Source: Vicugna vicugna (taxonomy: Eukaryota). Taken from it: a stretch of DNA of 64,000 nucleotides. Both the position numbers and the translations under genes were made by a program. Positions 10,591-23,437 of the stretch are shown here, piece after piece (the stretch's first letter is position 1; each line of letters starts with the position of its first letter). Location: NCBI GenBank assembly GCA_013265495.1, contig MU058781.1, positions 4,837,050-4,901,049 on the forward strand, given 5' to 3'. The notes under the pieces are model-generated. The model searched no databases. It saw only the letters and a program-made list of their open reading frames with translations, and was not told the origin of the DNA.

Positions 10591-11701
10591 TAGACCGCAT
10601 TATTCTTAAGTCTGCAGGTCTTTGTGGCTGTAACTTTCCAGCCTCAGAGTTAAAGAGGGAACACTGTTTCTGGGTCATCCTTGCTGATTGATTACAGCCT
10701 ATCCAGGTGTCTGAGGAAGAGGTTAGAAATGAAGATAATATAGGTGCTTAGCACTCTCCTCACCAAGGCTTGCCTTTCCCCCCCTAACTTTAAGGAAAAA
10801 TGCAGTTCGATCTTTACATCAGACACATCTTTTGATCATTCAGATGAATTTTTTACCATCCTCCCTCCCCACCTGTGAGAATGAGGCGGTCTCACAGAGC
10901 TACTAAGAAGCAGCATTACTTTTTGGTATTTAAGAATACTTTTGCATAAACTTCCTCGCCTTCCTTTTCATTCTCCAGACAAGATGTCCCTTTAGAGATG
11001 AAGTAGGACTAAAAGGTTTATTGTTTTTACTCATAAGTTGCCTCCCTTTCCATTCTATCACATGAAAGCTTCGTGTGTTCTATTTTCAGCTTGTAATGTC
11101 TTGATGTTGGAGGAGGAAAGAGGCAACGTGATCTCGAGGAGCCGTGGTCTGGAGTCCTGGTTACATTGGTAGCACATGGCTTCCACCTGCCTTGGAAGGC
11201 TGGGGTGGTGTTAACCTGCAGAGCTGTTTACCTGCCGCTGGGCCACAGGACTGGGTCCTCTGTCTGCACTTGCCACGTGACTCCTTTCCAAACTGATGAT
11301 CCTTTGATAGATGCCAAACAGTCAGCCTTGTTTCTTAATCATTTGAAAATGATGAAACATTTGGTGGGGCTCTGTAAAGAGCTCACTCCTGTGCATTTGG
11401 GAGAGTTTGATGGGGACCGAGGAAGCAGTCTCACTAAGGAGCCTCATTACTGTGGTAGTTTTGTGTGACATTCCATTCCGTCCACTCCGCAGCTTTTTCC
11501 ACTGGGACTTGGACTTAGTTACAATTTTTTGAGAGGGGGTTTATTTGATATGTTTACGTGTATATACCACACCTCATTCCGAAAAGGATTGAAAGCCATA
11601 ATGAGCAGTCATCCCGGGAGCAAACAATTTTTGCTTTGATCTGACTGAAGTTCACTTTCTAAATCCCCGGAGTGACAACTAGATTAAAATATGGGCAGCA
11701 A

Positions 11702-11844
11702 GGGGGGAGAGTACAGCTCAAAGTGGTAGAGTGCATGCTTAGCAGGCACGAGGTCCTAGGTTCAATCCCCAGTACCTCCTCTAAAAAAAATAAATAAATC
11801 TAATTACTTCCCTCCCCTACACACAAAAAAGTAAAATAAAATAA
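11702..11844 (+). mobile_element. Camelid tRNA-derived SINE (Vic-1-like) with TSD
   Basis: A box cagctcaaagtggt, B box ggttcaatccc (11759-11769) and an A-rich tail. Flanked by the 14-bp direct repeat attaaaatatgggc (11683-11696 and 11845-11858). Confidence 0.92.
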
Positions 11845-13679
11845 ATTAAAATATGGGCTGTGAGCATTTGTCCTTCTCAACCCAGCAGTGTTTGGGCTGA
11901 GTAGCTTTTTGTTTTAGCTCTGAAAACTTGACCTAAAACTTTAATGAAAGGCAAGGTTTTTTAAAGTGATATTGGTATCGACACCCTGACAGAACTTTTA
12001 ATCTGGAAGAATTTCAGAGATACATCAAAGTAATCCCCAGTGGTGATCACATCCTTGAATGGCAGAGATCAGATTTCTATTTCAATGCCAGTGCAGTCTC
12101 TCTCACCTTTTTCTGCCGTGCAGGGGGCCAGGGAGGGTCTGGATTTAATAAATGAACTTCTTTGGGGTAGCGGTTGGTAGGTGTTGCTGCATGATCCTGC
12201 ATTCTGTGTCTTTAAAAATGTTTTGAAATTCTCATTTTGTATCGTAATCCTTGCAACTACTGTTAGGATTCCAAACCATTGTGGTTTAAACTTCGCTGGA
12301 ATCTGAAAGGTGGCTGACAGAGTGAAAGGAAACCTCCTTTAAGTGAAGAACACACTTGGCTTGCCTGATTGTTCCAGACTCTGGGCTCTGGGCATAATCT
12401 GAGCCACAGGCCACGTCTCCTGGTTGAAGAGGGAATACTTGTTCCTTTCTCCTGGACTGTTTTCCCCCCAGCTCAGTATAAATACCATCATTTAGTCCCG
12501 CGGACACCCCCGATACAAATAGGGACTGCAAGAAGCTTGCTCTCTTGTGCTTGTGATAAGTCAAAACTCTAAAGATGCTATTAAAATCGGTTTTCTTTTG
12601 GCTCTGATAAGCTAAAACATGAGGGGAGAGGGGATGGGTCTGACTTGGTAGTATCTAAAGCTGAAAAGTGGTGGTTTTTCCCTCTTCTAATTCTGCTCCC
12701 TGTTCCAGTTAACCACTGGAAAAATGGAAAGGTCCATTTTCTACCTTTTTTCCTTTCTTTCTAACATGAGACTTGCTGAAGTTGTCATGTTATTTCCTTC
12801 CAGAATTTATTGGAGCAGTGGGCAAAGCCTCTTGGGAGTATAAATAATGATGATTATAAAGAACAGTCAGTTTACCAAGGAAGGCCATTATCTTTGACTT
12901 GCAAAAGCTTTTACAGCTGAACATTGTTTGCTTACAGTTGTTTAATACAAATGAAGACCTTCGTGGTACCTATTGTAATCGGAGTCCTTTTACTCTGTAC
13001 ACGAAGGTCATCTCAGTAAAGAACGGAACACCTTGCCCAGTCCTCTAACTGCTTGTTTCTCTGGACAGGCTTTATAAACAGTCCAGGGGAGGTCTGGGAT
13101 CCTTTTGTTCCTATGGACAACGGCACAGGATCCTCCTTGCTGAGTGTTGAAAGATTTCTAAGGCTGAAAGGTGATACCGAATGTACTTTTGGAGTTCCTC
13201 CTCTGTAACTGCTTCGTACCCAGTTTACGAATCCAAAGATGGTTCTAAAACTAATTTAAGAGACTTGCCTGAGTAGGCACTGACTTTGGATAAATATATT
13301 TAAATAGTAGGCTGTCATGCTCTTAATTAAGGCCCACAACATAGCGACAGGGGAATAGGAAGCCTACAGTTGCAGTTTTTACTTTTTGGGAGATGAAAGT
13401 TGTCCCTCGTCACACTTAGCAGTCTAACTCCAGCGTGCAGATATATATGTATGTATATATTCTTGGCATACGTAGCTGCCTTGGCTGCTGCATCTTTAGC
13501 AAAGTGTCAGCCCCTTTTAGCCTTTCTTTTTTTAAAACTCTTATATCCCCAACTTATTCCAATTCTTTTGGCAGTTCTTCAACTATGTTTCTTCTGGCAT
13601 TCCACTGGAGGTTCAAGACAAAAGGCATCCTCGGCATCTCAGTCTTCCCTGAGTGGTTTTTGGAAACGAATGTGATTTT

Positions 13680-14170
13680 TTTTTTCCCTTAACAGTTCAG
13701 TGGTTTTTAGTATATTTGGAGTTATGCAACCATCACCACAATCAATTTTAGAACCTTTTCAGCACCCCCAAAAGAAACTCTATACTTCTTGGCAGTCACT
13801 CCACATCTCATCCCAGTTTTTCCAATCTCTGGCAAACCACTCATCTACTTTCTGTCTCTCTGGATTTGCCTATTCTGGACACTTTATGTAAACGGAATCG
13901 TACAATATATGGCATTTTGTGACTGGCTTCTTTCACTCAGTGTGGTGTTTTCAAGGTTCCTTTATGCTGTAGTGTGAATCAGGACTCAGTTCCTTTTTAT
14001 GGCCGAATAATACTTCATTGGATGGAGGCACCATACTTGGCTCATGTGTCCATCAGCTGATGGACATTTGGGTTGTTCCTGCTTCTCGGCACTTGTGAAT
14101 AATGCTACTGTGAACATTTGTGTCCAAGTCTTTGTGTGGATGCTGCTTGCGTTTCTCTGGGAGTATCTCA
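13680..14170 (-). mobile_element. L1 3' end (ORF2 C-terminus plus 3'UTR), decayed
   Basis: ORF 13986-14171(-) reads IHTKTWTQMFTVALFTSAEKQEQPKCPS...MKYYSAIKRN, the L1 ORF2p C-terminal signature. A typical 3'UTR follows. Confidence 0.9.
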
Positions 14171-15437
14171 TGTTAGACAGGCATGCAGATCTCGACTATG
14201 ACTACGTTTATTTACTGCTCTTTGACTAACCTGCTAAGCTGTTCTCCAAGCCTGGTCCCTGAGCGTCCTGTGTTCTGTTCAGCAGGGTGCTGCACTGGGG
14301 GCCCTCTCCTGCTAGGCAGCTGCCTTGCCCTTGGGGCCCGGGCTTCTTGTTTCCCTCACTGCCTGACTGCCACTTCTCCCCGTGTGTGGGTGGCCAGCGG
14401 TGGTCTCATTTCCTCTCCCCCTTTGCAAGCTCTGAACGTGTGCTTAGTTAGGTGTGAGAAGATGGTGGCGCTTGGAATTTCATCATAGCTGATGGGCTTT
14501 TTGAGGGGGCCCAGGTGTTTTGGGTTGTCATTCCGGGCCTTCAGGTGCGTGTTTTCATAGCACTTACCAGATAGAGGTTTGGGAGGATGGGGTAGGTTAA
14601 AAACCCTGGCCCCTCTCCGGGAGCAGAGCAGCACCGAGGAGCAGTTTTCCTGCCTTCCCTTTGGTTTTGTCCTCGTTACCGGTGTTGACAAGGAGTAGAA
14701 CCGCTGTTGACCTACAGATTCTGCTGGATTTTCTCGCTCCTTCCAGGTCTGCTTTTTACCCAAGTGAAAAATGCTTAAAATTTTTTTTAAAAAAGGCCCT
14801 CCTAATGGACTCCTTTGAGAAACGGGGGTTCTTTTAAGGGAGAGGGATGGTGCATGTTTTCTATTGATATTTATGATTTTTGCCAGATTTATTTTTCCCA
14901 AATCAGTGTGGCATTGTTGGTGAGATGGATTCCCTATTTGAATCAGGCACTTTTTGCTCCTTTTTGCTCCTTTGCAAGTATGATGCAACAGAAGAGAGGT
15001 GGGATGGTGGGGGCTTGAGGAAGTCCTGCTACCCAAGGGTGCTGGGAGCATTTGGAGATGTGGACTGGGTGGGTCCTGATTCTCTAGGGGTGATGACTTG
15101 GTGTGGGTGTCCGGGCTTTTCCTCAGGCTTCCTGGTGATGGGAAGCCAAAGAACAGCATGTTAATGTTTAGGGATTTTATTTATTATGTAGTGCTCAAGT
15201 TCAGTGTCAAGAAATTTCCTAGTGATGGATTTAATCCTGCTTTTTCATACTCCGTGGTTTTTCTGGTACAACGCTCGGTTCCGATTGACACTTGTGCTCT
15301 GGTCACTGATTTACCTTTCGTTAAGGGGACCCCTGGCAGACGGCTGTATTCACTCTTTTCTCAGTATGTGGTTGAATACCCAAGAATTTTCAAGATGAGA
15401 TACCCACTTCAATTTAGAAGGTAGGTGAGAGTGTGTT

Positions 15438-15463
15438 TGTGTGTGTGCGCGCGCGCGTGCATG
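15438..15463. repeat. (TG)n(CG)n alternating purine-pyrimidine tract
   Basis: tgtgtgtgtgcgcgcgcgcgtgcatg. Confidence 0.9.
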
Positions 15464-17406
15464 AATATCTAAGAAGGAGTTACTATTTTAAACTTTGCAT
15501 TGTTTAACTGGAAATCTGTGTTCTGTTCTGCCAGGCCGCCTTTGTGTGGTGTACCTATAACCTCTGCACATACTTGTGCCATTTCAAAAGCAAATGCCAC
15601 ATCCCGCCTACTAAAATTGCTTATTAGAGCTAATTTTAAGAATTGAGTTAGAACTGCCCTATAATGTAATGCAGAATATTTCCCAATAATGCCTAGGTTA
15701 ACAATGATAGTCTTGCTGTATTGTGCAAAAAAGGCTTCTGTTCAGACCCAGCTGGGTTTCAGGCTTAATTCATTGCTCTATGGTGGGATCACCACAGCTG
15801 CTGTGGGGCCTTTACAAATGCAAAAAAGCTGTCAGTGTTTGTTTCATCAGCTGCATAAGTGATGAGGCCAAGTTGAGGAATCCATTCCAGTGCGCAGTGT
15901 GCAGGCTGTAGCCATTATTGTTTACAGAATTAGTGTGTTGGAGCTTTAAAATAGTTGGCACATCGACGGCCCTTTAAAAGCACAAGACTAAGGGACAGGA
16001 CCAGTTGGTTGTCCTTGTAATGTTGGCCGGATCCAGCACAGCTCTTGTCTTTGACAGTCACTTGCTCCAGTCTGTGCTGTGAGACTGACCCTCTTTTGGG
16101 CAAGGTGGGGGTGCTGAATTCATGTCCCTTTAGTTCTACATCTCAAACTTAGGTTTACAGTCTTTTTTTCCCTCCAGTTATTTTAGAGTCTCTTAATTGT
16201 AATTGAATTTTAAAGCCTTAATAATCCTCCTCCCTGCAAATAGGTATAGGACTGTCAGCTGGGACTGTCAGCAGGTCCAGCTCTGTGGGATTTATTTTGC
16301 GAAATGATACTGCTTTGGGAATTGTCCTCATTTCTCCCTCTGGGTGCAGAAGTTCTTGGCTACAGAAAGACTCACTGTACGGGTCACTCTCCAGCCAGTT
16401 AGGGGTGTTGCTGCAGGGTTCCTCAGTGGATGCTGACCCCCTTCCCCAAGGACCTGGTGTAGCCATGGCAGCATGTCCAGTCCCTTTTGGGACTTGTGTC
16501 CATGGTGTTTCACAGGGTAGTGTATAATAATTGCCCCTTTCATTTCAACCTGATAGATTTTTACCCCCTTCTCAGCTCAGGGATCTCTCTGAAATTCGTC
16601 TTGCCTCGTGGAGTTGGAGGGCACTGGTGGTGGCCAGTCTGTGCAGGTTTTAGAAGCAGAGCTTGTCAGGTCTCTGAGCCAACGGGAATGAATAATGGTA
16701 CTTCTTTCCTCCCAGCTGGGAAGGTCCCACAGTGCTCTCCCATATTATAAAAAAGATGGCATGAGGCTCAGGTCTCCAAATTAAAGGTCAATACTGATCA
16801 GCTCTATCTCAAATAACTGTCACATACGCTCTCCTTCATTCCTTTATGTCTCTATGTTTTACGCCGTGAAGTGTCTGGAGCCCAAGAGGACAAATGGGGT
16901 TCGATGAGTCCCATGTGGTATTTGTGCTGATTAAGCAGAGTTTTGGGATCCTGGTATGTCCTCCCTTTAAAAGAGCTCTTCTGAGGGGAGAGGGGGGTCG
17001 CCGAAAAGCACATTATAACTTTCACAGTGAACTTCCATCAGAGAGCAAATTCAGGTACCAGTCTAGGTTTTTTACCACAGCCCCTCCCACCGACCATCAC
17101 TCTCACCCTGGAACGGCTGCAGTGAAAAAGAAAATGGAAAACAGTGAGGTCCACATCCTCTGCCCCTGGGGGGAAGGACTCGGCGGGGCCTCGGAAGGAA
17201 ACGGCAGTTTCCTGGGCCAGAGTGCTTGGTTGCCTTCAGGAACCGCGTTGCCCCACCTGTTTCTCCTGGCAGGGGTGTGTGCTATGTATTTTGGCCTTAG
17301 GAATCTTTTATCAAAGCCCCTTATGTTTTTATTGAGTCTTTAGAGGCAAAAACGTGTTCTTGTATTGGTTTGTTTTAAAACAGTTTCCTGAATCCATATC
17401 TGAGCC

Positions 17407-17443
17407 TGTGTGTGTGTGTGTGTGTGTACGTACATACATACGT
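17407..17443. repeat. (TG)n microsatellite with a TACA extension
   Basis: (tg)10 followed by tacgtacatacatacgt. Confidence 0.9.
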
Positions 17444-20239
17444 CATCCACATGTTCCCTGGTGACCCTCGGTTGCCTGCCTCCTAGGACACTGCTCTAGA
17501 TGCCCCTGGCTCGCTGAGTGCCTTGGCAGATCCCTGGGCCGCAGTGTTCTGCACTGTACGGTGGGATGGGATGGCCTCCCAGAGCAAAGCTAGGTGCTGA
17601 TGGGTGTAACTGTGTTCCCTTCTGCCTGCACTGCAGTGTGGCTTTCTACGCCTACTGTGATGGAGGGTTTGGACTGATGCTGACACATCACAACGTGCTG
17701 GATGGCAAACAGTTAAATTGTTCTCCTTTGGCTGTGGGGAGAGATGGTGAGCTCAACTCTGAACATTAACAGTGTGTCTGTGGAGAGCCTGGGCTTCCTG
17801 GAGTGTCCTTCTCCTGACCTCAGCGCTCTCCACCCACCCAGCAAAGTCTTAGGTGAACAGCTCACTAGCATCAGATATAGAACCCTGAGTGCCTTTCCTT
17901 TTCCCACGCGGAGGTTCAGAAATTGAGATATGCTTCAGGGGAAGCAAAAGGCCCGGGGTTGCCAGCAACTAGAAGGGGAGTGCCGAATCCTAGGCAGCTG
18001 GCTGTAAACGGAGGAGGGAACTGCCCCCTGGAAGGGCACCAGTTGTGAAATAGTCCAGGTAGAACTTTGTTCTTAGAGTTGGGTTTCAAATGGCAGTGAG
18101 ATATGGACACAGTTGGAGTACTCAGAATGAGTGTGCTGATTCTGGTGAGTTTTCTGGTTGGTTGTTTCAGCCCCTGCTGTTAAAGTCTTTATAAGAGGGC
18201 ATTTCATTGGCTCTGCTGCCTTCAAAATCTGCTGTGATGTAGGAAGGAGATTTCACCTGGATTTCATTATTGAGGACCTTACTAGGCCCTCCCGGCTGTC
18301 AGTCTGACAGTTCTTTGTTACTGTATGTCCATCTGGATGGGACAGAAGGATGCCAGGCTATGTGCCTGCTGATCTGCAGAGGGCTGTGTGTTTTCCCTAC
18401 ATTCCGAGGATGTGGCGGGGCCATGTGGAGCCCTGGAAGTAAGCACCATTCATCCAAGGGTTCACATGAGGAAAGTGGTTCCACAGATTGCAGATTCACA
18501 CAGCCTCCCAGCATATTACTGGGGCAGAACTTCTAGTCTTAACCCCAGAGTGGTAGAGGGGGAATCAGTCGTTTAGACTCTGGCCAGTGTCGATGTGGAC
18601 TCCTCCCCACCTCAGAGAGTGGAGGATGGGGGGTGAAAATGAAAGCCTGCTTATGAAACTGCTTCTCTGCTCACTGGACATTGTGCAAAGGGGTGGTGCC
18701 CTCCCTGCTCTGGAAAGCCCGTCTCCATCACTGGATGCAGAAATTTAAACCAAAACCTCCAAACTCTCTCAGGTGGCCTTTTTGACCCGAATTAGCTTTT
18801 CATAAGGGCATAGCTGGATTTTTCCTGCATAAAAGCTTTAACAGCACAACCGAAAAGCTCATCTGCTTTCAGCTCTAACTCCTGTTGACTTGTTGGTTAT
18901 CTTGCTGCCGCTAATAGAAACTAAAAAGGTCGTTTGCCAAAGTGACTTCCTAGGAGCTCAGCTTAATGCCAGGCTTCCTCTGGTTGGAGGGAAATGGTTG
19001 CCCCCTCCCTGTTCTGCTTCTTTCCCTTATCCAGTTGTGGAAGCATGACTGCTGCGGGAGGCCAGGGAGATGGGGTGAGAAAAAGGACCAGCAAGGAGTG
19101 GCTGTGCAGAATGTGGACTCCTCTCTGAAAGCCTGTGTGCAGAGGTTGGTGGCTTTAGAAAGGGGGTAAAATGGGAGGGGGTGACGGTTGCTGAAGCATG
19201 ACAAGTCTCCAGAGGCCCCTGGGACTTAAAAACAAAAAAGGGAGCTTTCTGCACATCTTTTGCACTCACACGGCTTCCTCTCCTCCGTCCTTTCCCCCCT
19301 GCTGTTCTGTAAATCTCCCAGTTGGAAATTTTGAACATGGGAGCGCTTCTTCCTGGGCTTCCCTTGGCAGAATGCTCAGACGCAGCTGCAGAGAATTTGC
19401 TTCCCCCTTCACAGCATCTCCCCTCTAGAAGCGTTAGTGGGACGACGAAACAATGACAACTTGAGCATTTTTCAGAAGTGGAAGCCAAGTTTAATTAAAG
19501 TCAAGGAAGTTGGAGGCTGTAACTCTTTTGTTCAACCTCTTCAGGTCAGGCGTGTGCCAGTGGAGGGCAGGGTGGAAAATGCCGGGTGGCTGCTCCCAGT
19601 TGGGAAGTTTAAGGCCTCCGTGTCTGGTCTGGGGAGCACTCCAGAGTGTATCACATGTGCTGGGCCATCACCTCTTGGTGGGCTTGAGATGGTTGCCCCT
19701 TTATTAGGCGCCTTTTTCCTGTCAGAGGAGGAAAACTCTTAAGTGGCTTTGTCTCCCCCACCGTCTGAACGCCCCCCACCTCTGCCCACCCCTCTCCCCC
19801 TGGACCAAGCCTAGGCTGTAAAACTTCTTAAAAAGTGAAATTTCTAACTTGATAACTTCCTTCTCACATTGGCTTTTTAATCTTTTAGTGTACTTTGGAG
19901 GTACCCCTGAGCATTTCCTTGGCCTTGCAGGTTTTACACATTTCAGTTTGCCCGAGAGGAAACGCTGTGTTATTCAGGCAGTATTTAGGTGTGTCTGAAG
20001 TGCTTTCTCTCTGACTGTAGACCAGGGTCCAGAAGTGAGCTGTGGTCTAGTCCGACCTGGATTGTCAACTGGAAGGACACTGAGAATTCACCTCACAGAC
20101 TGAAGAGTTGTACATTCCTTATTTGGTGACATGGCTTGAAGTTGAATTTCGCCAGGAGATTATCTAGCTTTATTCCTCAGTAGTTATATAGAAACTGTTT
20201 AATTGTGTGTGTGGTTTTGGGTTTTTATTTTTAAAAAAT

Positions 20240-20403
20240 ATTTTTTGTTTTATACTTTTATTTTTTAAAAACTTACTTTTTTTTTGCAGGGGGAGGTAAT
20301 TAGGTTTATTTACTTAGTTTTTTAATGGAGGTACTGTGGATTGAACCCAGGACCTCATGCATGTGAGGCATGCACTGTACCACTGAGCTATAACTTTCCT
20401 CGC
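20240..20403 (-). mobile_element. Camelid tRNA-derived SINE (Vic-1-like)
   Basis: T-rich tail then gcagggggaggtaattaggtttattt...gaggtactgtggattgaacccaggacctcatgcatg...accactgagctata. Confidence 0.88.
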
Positions 20404-21879
20404 TAAAAAAAATTATTTTTAAAGGCACAGGGAAGTTATAGACAGTTCTATACAAAAGGAACGTAGTTATTCTTTGGTACTTTGTAGATTCCAGCACTTG
20501 TCTTCAGACTGAGGAAATGAGTGACCCAGGACCTTGGGTATTTTCGTGTATTTGATCCTCCCCATTTATTAGGTAGTCTGACAATCTTTTTTCATTTCAC
20601 TGCTATAGGATTGGAGCTTTAATAAGCTTAATGGTTTCAGATCCTGTCAGGCTAATGTGTAGTCAAGTCTGGAACTTGAAACTGTACTTTCGGACTTTAC
20701 AGGGACTGTGTTGTAGAGGTGTTGAGCTCTGGTTTGGGTTTTTGCTCTGCCTTGAAAAAGCCACAGGACATTGTCCAGTTTAAGTTTTCCTCAGCTGAGA
20801 AGTCCTAATGTATGACTGGAATATCCTGATTTTTGTCTTCATAGATATTTTTAGCCCACCCTCCCTTCTACTTTATTCAATTTTAATTCTACAAATACTT
20901 GTTGTCTACTTTGTGTTATTTGTCCAGCTACATATTTTATACTCTGGTGGTAGGGAAGGATGTGGGAGGGAGTTCAGAATTGAGACCAAATAAGGTTCCA
21001 AGAGGGTTTCGGGCCGCTGTGCGCTGACCACACTGGGATCTGGTTACAGGGAGCGTCTGCGGTGGGGCCTGAGCATCTCCCAGGCGCTCAGCACGCGGCT
21101 CTGCATCCTTACCCTCGCGGGGGTGTAGGACTGACTTGGCTCTTGTGGGTGGCTTGCGCCGTGATTCTCTTCACGTCTGTGTCCCAACTAGGGAGGCTCT
21201 TTATTCACTGGGGAGTTCTCATAAGATCTCCTTTGCAAAAAAAGGTTTGAAAACACATTTTAGGGGATCCAGCTTGGCTGAATCAACAGGGGCTGAAGAC
21301 CACGTTAGTCATTCTCTTCCAACTGAGAGGTGTTTAAAAACGGTGGTAGGACTGTGAAGCCTACCCATTGCTTCACATAGCCTCTTTTGGCCCAGAGTCC
21401 TGTACATGCTCCTTCCTGAGGACTGTTCTTTAGTTTCTATTTTGGAAGGAAGCCTGGTGTTGCGTCAGTGCACCGTCTGTGTAGTGTTGCGCGTTTCCCC
21501 AAACTACGTCCTGTCTCATTTGGTAAACACAGAGCGGTCTCAGGGATTTCTGTGCAGCGCGCTTGCTGTTCTGCCGGTTTCTCTCCAGAACTCATCCTGA
21601 AAGCTTATATGTCTTGAAAAAAGAGAAGTTCTCTGTTGGATAGTAGCTACCGTTGGTCGAATCTGTACCTCCTTAAATGTTGTACATGCAGTATTTCGTA
21701 TACCTGAGTCTGACTGCGACCTGTGAAGTAGCCTTTTTCCCCAAATTGCAGTTGAGGCAGGGGAAAGCGGCCAGGGTTGCGCCGGCGGCCCCCCCTACCC
21801 CCCATTTGAACCCTGCTCTTGTTTCACTTTGAAGTCTGTGCTTGTCTTCATCTGGGTGGGCAGTGCTGCTGGGATGTTA

Positions 21880-21970
21880 CACAGCCAGAGTCCTGGGGTT
21901 CAATTCTGACTCTTTTATTTAATCTGTGTCTCAGTTTCCTTACCTGTAAAATAGGGGTCATAAATAGTGT
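21880..21970 (+). mobile_element. MIR fragment
   Basis: agccagagtcctggggtcaattctgactc...ctcagtttccttacctgtaaaataggg. Confidence 0.65.
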
Positions 21971-23287
21971 AGTATGTCATTTAATTTTGACTGGCTCAGT
22001 TTGTACATTTTCATTTCATTACTGCAATTTTATTTATTATTACTATTGCCACACTGTCGTTGAATTTATGAACCTAGTTCTCCCCACCCCTCATACCCCC
22101 AGTAGTTCTTTACAAATCTACTTTTAACACTCAGGAGAATGATTTAATGACTTCTTTTTGTTCGGGTTAAAAGATACAATATTAGGTTAAGATTACTTAT
22201 TGTTAATCGGTATTCAGAACAATAACTTAGTAAGTGGCTATTTACAGAGAAGGAAGTTGGACGATTCAGACTTGGTGCTTACTAAATTTTATGAGTCTTC
22301 ATTGTTTTACTCGCTCAGTTTCCCCGTCTGTGAGGGGGAATTCCTTTTGCCTGGAAACAACGCAGCTTCCTCAAATTAAGAGTAACTACAAGTGTGGTGG
22401 TCTCCACCATACTCATGTTCACTGTCATCTTGACTTTTTAAAAATATTTCTACTTTGCTAACAATATTGAGTATACCTAGTGGTCTCTCTGTAAACGATT
22501 GCTGAATTGAATAGCAAAATGATTAAAGATTTGTTAAGTGGTGTGTTTATATAATCTCTTTTTCTTCAATTGTCACCACCGATTTCTCTCCAGGACCAGC
22601 TATTATTTATAAAAGTAAGGAGGTGATCTTCAAATAATGATTGTGTTGTTTTAAAGGATGGTTTTTTTAAGCATGATCTTTTTTTAGAAATAATGTAAAT
22701 TAGTAGGACCCTGGTTTTGAATTCCTAAAGATGAGTCTCATTCTTTCGGGGCTACTCACTGAAGAACATAGTGTTTCATTTCTCCCCTCTTCTGTACCTC
22801 TTTCAAAATATTTGTTTATATCTTCTTGCTTCACTACCCTTTTAAAAAAATAGGTTTTTAGGTGTTAAATATTTTTCTTTGCATTTTTATGATATTTTTC
22901 CTTACTGTTTTTTGCATGTTTTTTTAGAGGTGAATGAAGAAACTAGTGTATCTTTTTGTGTCTTAACTGGAGAATTATGATTCTATTTTGCATTCACAGG
23001 AAAGCTAAAGTTTTCTGTGTATTATCCAGTATTTCATTCTAAAGAAACGTGCTATTTGTAAAAACAGGAAATGTGTGGGAAAAGGACAGTTCAGCACGAG
23101 TTGAATTCTGAAATCCAAATTAATTTGCCTTCATTCAATAGTTTAACACAGCCTAGTAACTGATCTTTCTAGACTGGCTTATTATATAGGCGCCCAGGAG
23201 GTGAGAGGGAGATTTTAGACCTTGAGTTTTTATGTATGAAGGGGGTGATTTATTAGACCAGAGCCAGCAATTCTGTTGGTCGACTTT

Positions 23288-23437
23288 TTGTGTGTGTTTT
23301 TTTATGTGTGTGTATGTGTGTGGAGGATAACTAGGTTAAAAAATTTTTTTTTACTTTTGTTTATTTTAATGGAGGTACTGGGGATTGAACCCAGGAGCTT
23401 GCACACACTCTACCACTAAGCTATTTCCCCCCTCCCC
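23288..23437 (-). mobile_element. Camelid tRNA-derived SINE (Vic-1-like, diverged)
   Basis: ggaggtactggggattgaacccagg...ctctaccactaagctat. The tail has decayed to TG-rich sequence. Imperfect TSD ctgttg..gactttt. Confidence 0.8.

Noticed and set aside
11702..11780. tRNA-like sequence with A and B boxes
   Set aside because: It has a SINE tail, a TSD and multiple diverged copies, so it is a SINE head and not a tRNA gene.
14356..15159. Longest ORF (267 aa, minus strand)
   Set aside because: No domain resemblance, composition typical of translated non-coding DNA, and antisense to the inferred gene.
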